Assembly: GCA_000002435.2 (NCBI GenBank)
Contig: CM018792.1
DNA: 64,000 nucleotides
Direction: 5' to 3' (one strand)
Origin: Giardia intestinalis
Lineage: Eukaryota
Under the pieces are notes generated by a model that was not told the DNA's origin, searched no databases, and saw nothing but the letters and a program-made list of their open reading frames with translations. Made by a program: the position numbers and the translations under genes. Below, one piece after another: positions 61,463-64,000 of this stretch. The stretch's first letter is position 1. Each line of letters begins with the position of its first letter.

Positions 61463-64000
61463 TTAATTTTCCTCATCTGTGTTGTCACCATGGACATTTG
61501 CGCTGCTGGAGACAAAGTATCCTATGGATTCGCGTGTATTCGGGGCTGTGGCAGCTTCTTCGGCCGGCAAGCTGTCGTCGATAAATGCCGGCTCACTTGT
61601 ATCTGGAACCTTTTCCAATGAACTTATTTTTAGATCACTTGCCGTGACATCTATCCCAAAATTGACAACGCGCTGAGGGGATTGTGGCTCCTGAGCCACC
61701 CGAGGAATCCCTGCGCCTGCGGACACGGGAGGCAGGACAATCGAGTATGTGGACAGCTCGGCTGGACGAAGTCCGTCGTTCCCCTTTACATTAGGATACT
61801 CAAGAGTGGCCACATAGTCCTTGGTGCTGCCATCCCCAATGTTGCGGCTTGGCGGTGCACTTTCTTGCATGAGGGTCATGCTTCCGGGCGCAAAGTATTT
61901 GGGTGTGTCATCGTTGATCTGCGTTGCTTCAGGCGTAGCTTTGGAAAATGTGGTGAGAATTAGATCACCATCCATGTGATCGTTAGGCGTGCTAGACTTG
62001 CCCAGTGAAGCAAACAGGTGCCGTGTCTGGGTGTGCTCTGGTAACACGTCTTGCTCAAACTGTTTCGGATCCATACCCGCCTCGTTTGCACGGATGGAGA
62101 GGCTAGCGTATATCTGCTGTGTTCTATTCTCAGTATCATAGTCGGGTTCCTGAGTGGCACCTGTTAGCTTGCCAAGCAACTCGCGACGCTCATCTGGTGG
62201 TGGAAAGTTACTGATAGCTGGCTTGTTAAGTTTTGTTAATTGACTCAGTTGGCGGACTATCTCCAGGGATTGATTCCGCAGAAGGCTATCCTGTGCAGCT
62301 TCGGTGTCTGTCTTAGATTTATTTCGCTGACTATCTCTCGGTCTTTCTTTCTTTGATTGCCGCACAGTAGCATTGCGCTTCTTCTCTTCTTCAATCAACC
62401 CTGACCCGGGGCCCTTCAATGCAGGGAGAGGCAAGCTGACCGACAAATTAGCGTCATCACTTCGGAGGCGGGTGGCTTTTTTCTTTGTGGAGCTGATGTT
62501 GCTAGATACCGAATCGCTCCACTGAGGCGTTTCAATGGTGGAGTCAGATGCAGAGCGCATAGAGTTGTGGGAGACTTTCGACTTGGACGAGCCACGTTTT
62601 GCTGCCTTCTTTGGTCGTGAAGCGTCACCGGGTCGAAGGGGTACAGATGCTACTTGAGCTCCACTATGATGGCCTCCCAAGTAGGACGAACCAGGAGTGG
62701 AATCGGTCCGGGAACTATCTAGTGCTGCAGGACCACTTCGTGATGCTGTCCGCGGCCTTGTTAAGCTCTTAGACCTTCTTTCAACGAGAAGCCCATCACC
62801 GTTGGAGCTAGACCTTAGTGGGCGCGAGTTTTTCACCTGATAGTACGGGCGCCCACTGTCTGGCGTGTCCATGCTGAAATCACTGATACTGTTGTGGCGG
62901 GCAACATGCTGACTCTTAGTTGGCTTCTTTTTACGAGGCTCGGTATCTATCGATTTATAGACTGAAGCATACGATTCTGAAACGGGCACCATCCGAAGGG
63001 TGCGCTTAAAGCTTTCTTCTCCCTTGAGCATGTCAATGGCCTCGTCCATATAGTGGCACTTAAGAATACTCTCAGGCGGCGCCAGTTTTCTAAGATCATC
63101 TGGAATGTCCAAATAGCCATCATCACGAATTGTTTGGCTACCTTTTAGTATATGCCTTTGAGTGTGGAGTTTGTTTGAAAGGGCCATAAGCTCCTCTTCC
63201 TTCTCCTTTGTCATGTTCAGAGCTCTGATGGAATTTATCGCCTTGAACTCCTTATTCGAGAGCACATTTTCTTTCTCGTACTGAACCCTCCGAAGATGCA
63301 TCTCCGCCCTCTTTGTCCGTAGATCCTTCAGCAGTTCGTCCTCTAAGGCTCGTTGACGCGCATTAACAGACGTCTCAAGGATGTGTCTGCTAGAGCGAAG
63401 CTCCTCTTCTTCAAGTTTGCGCGCCTTTGCATCTTGCTTATTACGATATATCTTTCCGAAATTCTTCAGCGTTACTTCTATGCGCTGACTGGTTTCGCTG
63501 ATCCGTTCGGCGTTCTCCTTCAATTTTTCTGTAGATGCGCGCTTAGCACCTGCCAGACGACGGTTCTCCCTTAGCGCATGATCCACTGATTTGGAACGAG
63601 CAACGTCTTCCCAATACTCGTTGAACACTTTTGTGTGCCGCAGCTGATTTTCGCGCAAAGACTGCTGAAGTCTCTCCACTTCCTGCCGCTTCTTTTCTTG
63701 TGCACGCTGGCTCCTTTGTTCTCGAATAAGTTGTCGCTCCTTGAACTCAAGCTCGCGTGCCCGGTCTTCTGCCTTGCGCTCTTGGGCCAGTTGATACAAG
63801 AACTCCTCTCGAGGAACCGAGCGCGTCTTGGAGCGGACAGATTGGTCGTCGAGATAACGCTGACGACGCTGGAGCAGAGCATCATGTGCATGCATTTCCT
63901 GGATAGTCTTTGCATATGAGCGTTTCCTGCATTCCTCCTGCTGGCGCTGAAAGCTACTAAAGATCTCAAGGCGGTGCTGCTCCTGAAGAATGTACTTAAT
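61463..64000 (-). CDS. Hypothetical coiled-coil, Ser-rich protein, partial. The frame stays open past the Met at 63895 to the window end, so the N-terminus probably lies outside the window.
   Basis: Hand translation of the reverse complement of 63896-64000 gives ...IKYILQEQHRLEIFSSFQRQQEECRKRSYAKTIQEMHAHD without a stop. The N-terminal 300 aa are rich in heptad Arg/Glu/Leu. The C-terminal half is a Ser/Thr-rich low-complexity region. Confidence 0.5.
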   Translation of the reverse strand: MKYILQEQHRLEIFSSFQRQQEECRKRSYAKTIQEMHAHDALLQRRQRYLDDQSVRSKTRSVPREEFLYQLAQERKAEDRARELEFKERQLIREQRSQRAQEKKRQEVERLQQSLRENQLRHTKVFNEYWEDVARSKSVDHALRENRRLAGAKRASTEKLKENAERISETSQRIEVTLKNFGKIYRNKQDAKARKLEEEELRSSRHILETSVNARQRALEDELLKDLRTKRAEMHLRRVQYEKENVLSNKEFKAINSIRALNMTKEKEEELMALSNKLHTQRHILKGSQTIRDDGYLDIPDDLRKLAPPESILKCHYMDEAIDMLKGEESFKRTLRMVPVSESYASVYKSIDTEPRKKKPTKSQHVARHNSISDFSMDTPDSGRPYYQVKNSRPLRSSSNGDGLLVERRSKSLTRPRTASRSGPAALDSSRTDSTPGSSYLGGHHSGAQVASVPLRPGDASRPKKAAKRGSSKSKVSHNSMRSASDSTIETPQWSDSVSSNISSTKKKATRLRSDDANLSVSLPLPALKGPGSGLIEEEKKRNATVRQSKKERPRDSQRNKSKTDTEAAQDSLLRNQSLEIVRQLSQLTKLNKPAISNFPPPDERRELLGKLTGATQEPDYDTENRTQQIYASLSIRANEAGMDPKQFEQDVLPEHTQTRHLFASLGKSSTPNDHMDGDLILTTFSKATPEATQINDDTPKYFAPGSMTLMQESAPPSRNIGDGSTKDYVATLEYPNVKGNDGLRPAELSTYSIVLPPVSAGAGIPRVAQEPQSPQRVVNFGIDVTASDLKISSLEKVPDTSEPAFIDDSLPAEEAATAPNTRESIGYFVSSSANVHGDNTDEEN

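Noticed and set aside
1-64000. CRISPR arrays, prokaryotic operon structure, and rRNA/tRNA genes.
   Set aside because: The sequence is eukaryotic (Giardia) and no CRISPR-like direct repeats are present. I could not confidently recognise any tRNA cloverleaf or rRNA segment by eye in the few intergenic gaps.

Overview
This window reads as nuclear DNA of Giardia intestinalis (lamblia). It contains two identical variant-specific surface protein genes of 741 aa, each with a signal peptide, many CXXC and GGCY motifs, a C-terminal transmembrane helix and the invariant CRGKA tail, and each followed by the extended vsp polyadenylation motif ACTYAGRTAGTRAAY. AGTRAAY poly(A) signals sit a few to ~20 nt behind the stop of several other genes. 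Genes are intron-free and tightly packed on both strands, and two genes fuse a kinase-like domain to ankyrin repeats. The first ~31.7 kb and the last ~12 kb are ordinary dense gene territory. The first block holds a partial LCAT-like hydrolase, an FKBP-like protein, a WD40 protein, an IST1/ESCRT-III-like protein, CDC48/p97, two NEK-like kinase-ankyrin proteins, an E2 enzyme, an ankyrin-RING E3, a CHY-RING E3 and an RIIa-domain protein. The last block holds a peroxiredoxin, an NHL-repeat protein, ribosomal protein L13a, a DPCD homologue and an LRR protein. The dominant feature is a ~20 kb near-perfect palindrome at 31,740-51,729. Its two ~8.7 kb arms are inverted copies with only a handful of single-base differences. 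Each arm carries one of the vsp genes; the two are transcribed divergently, head-to-head. Each arm also has a ~4.3 kb GC-rich tract without ORFs and a 172-aa hypothetical ORF. The ~2.6 kb unique core at 40,423-43,046 holds a 5'-truncated, frameshifted non-LTR retrotransposon (reverse transcriptase plus REL-type endonuclease, Genie/Gil-like). No rRNA, tRNA or CRISPR could be supported by eye.
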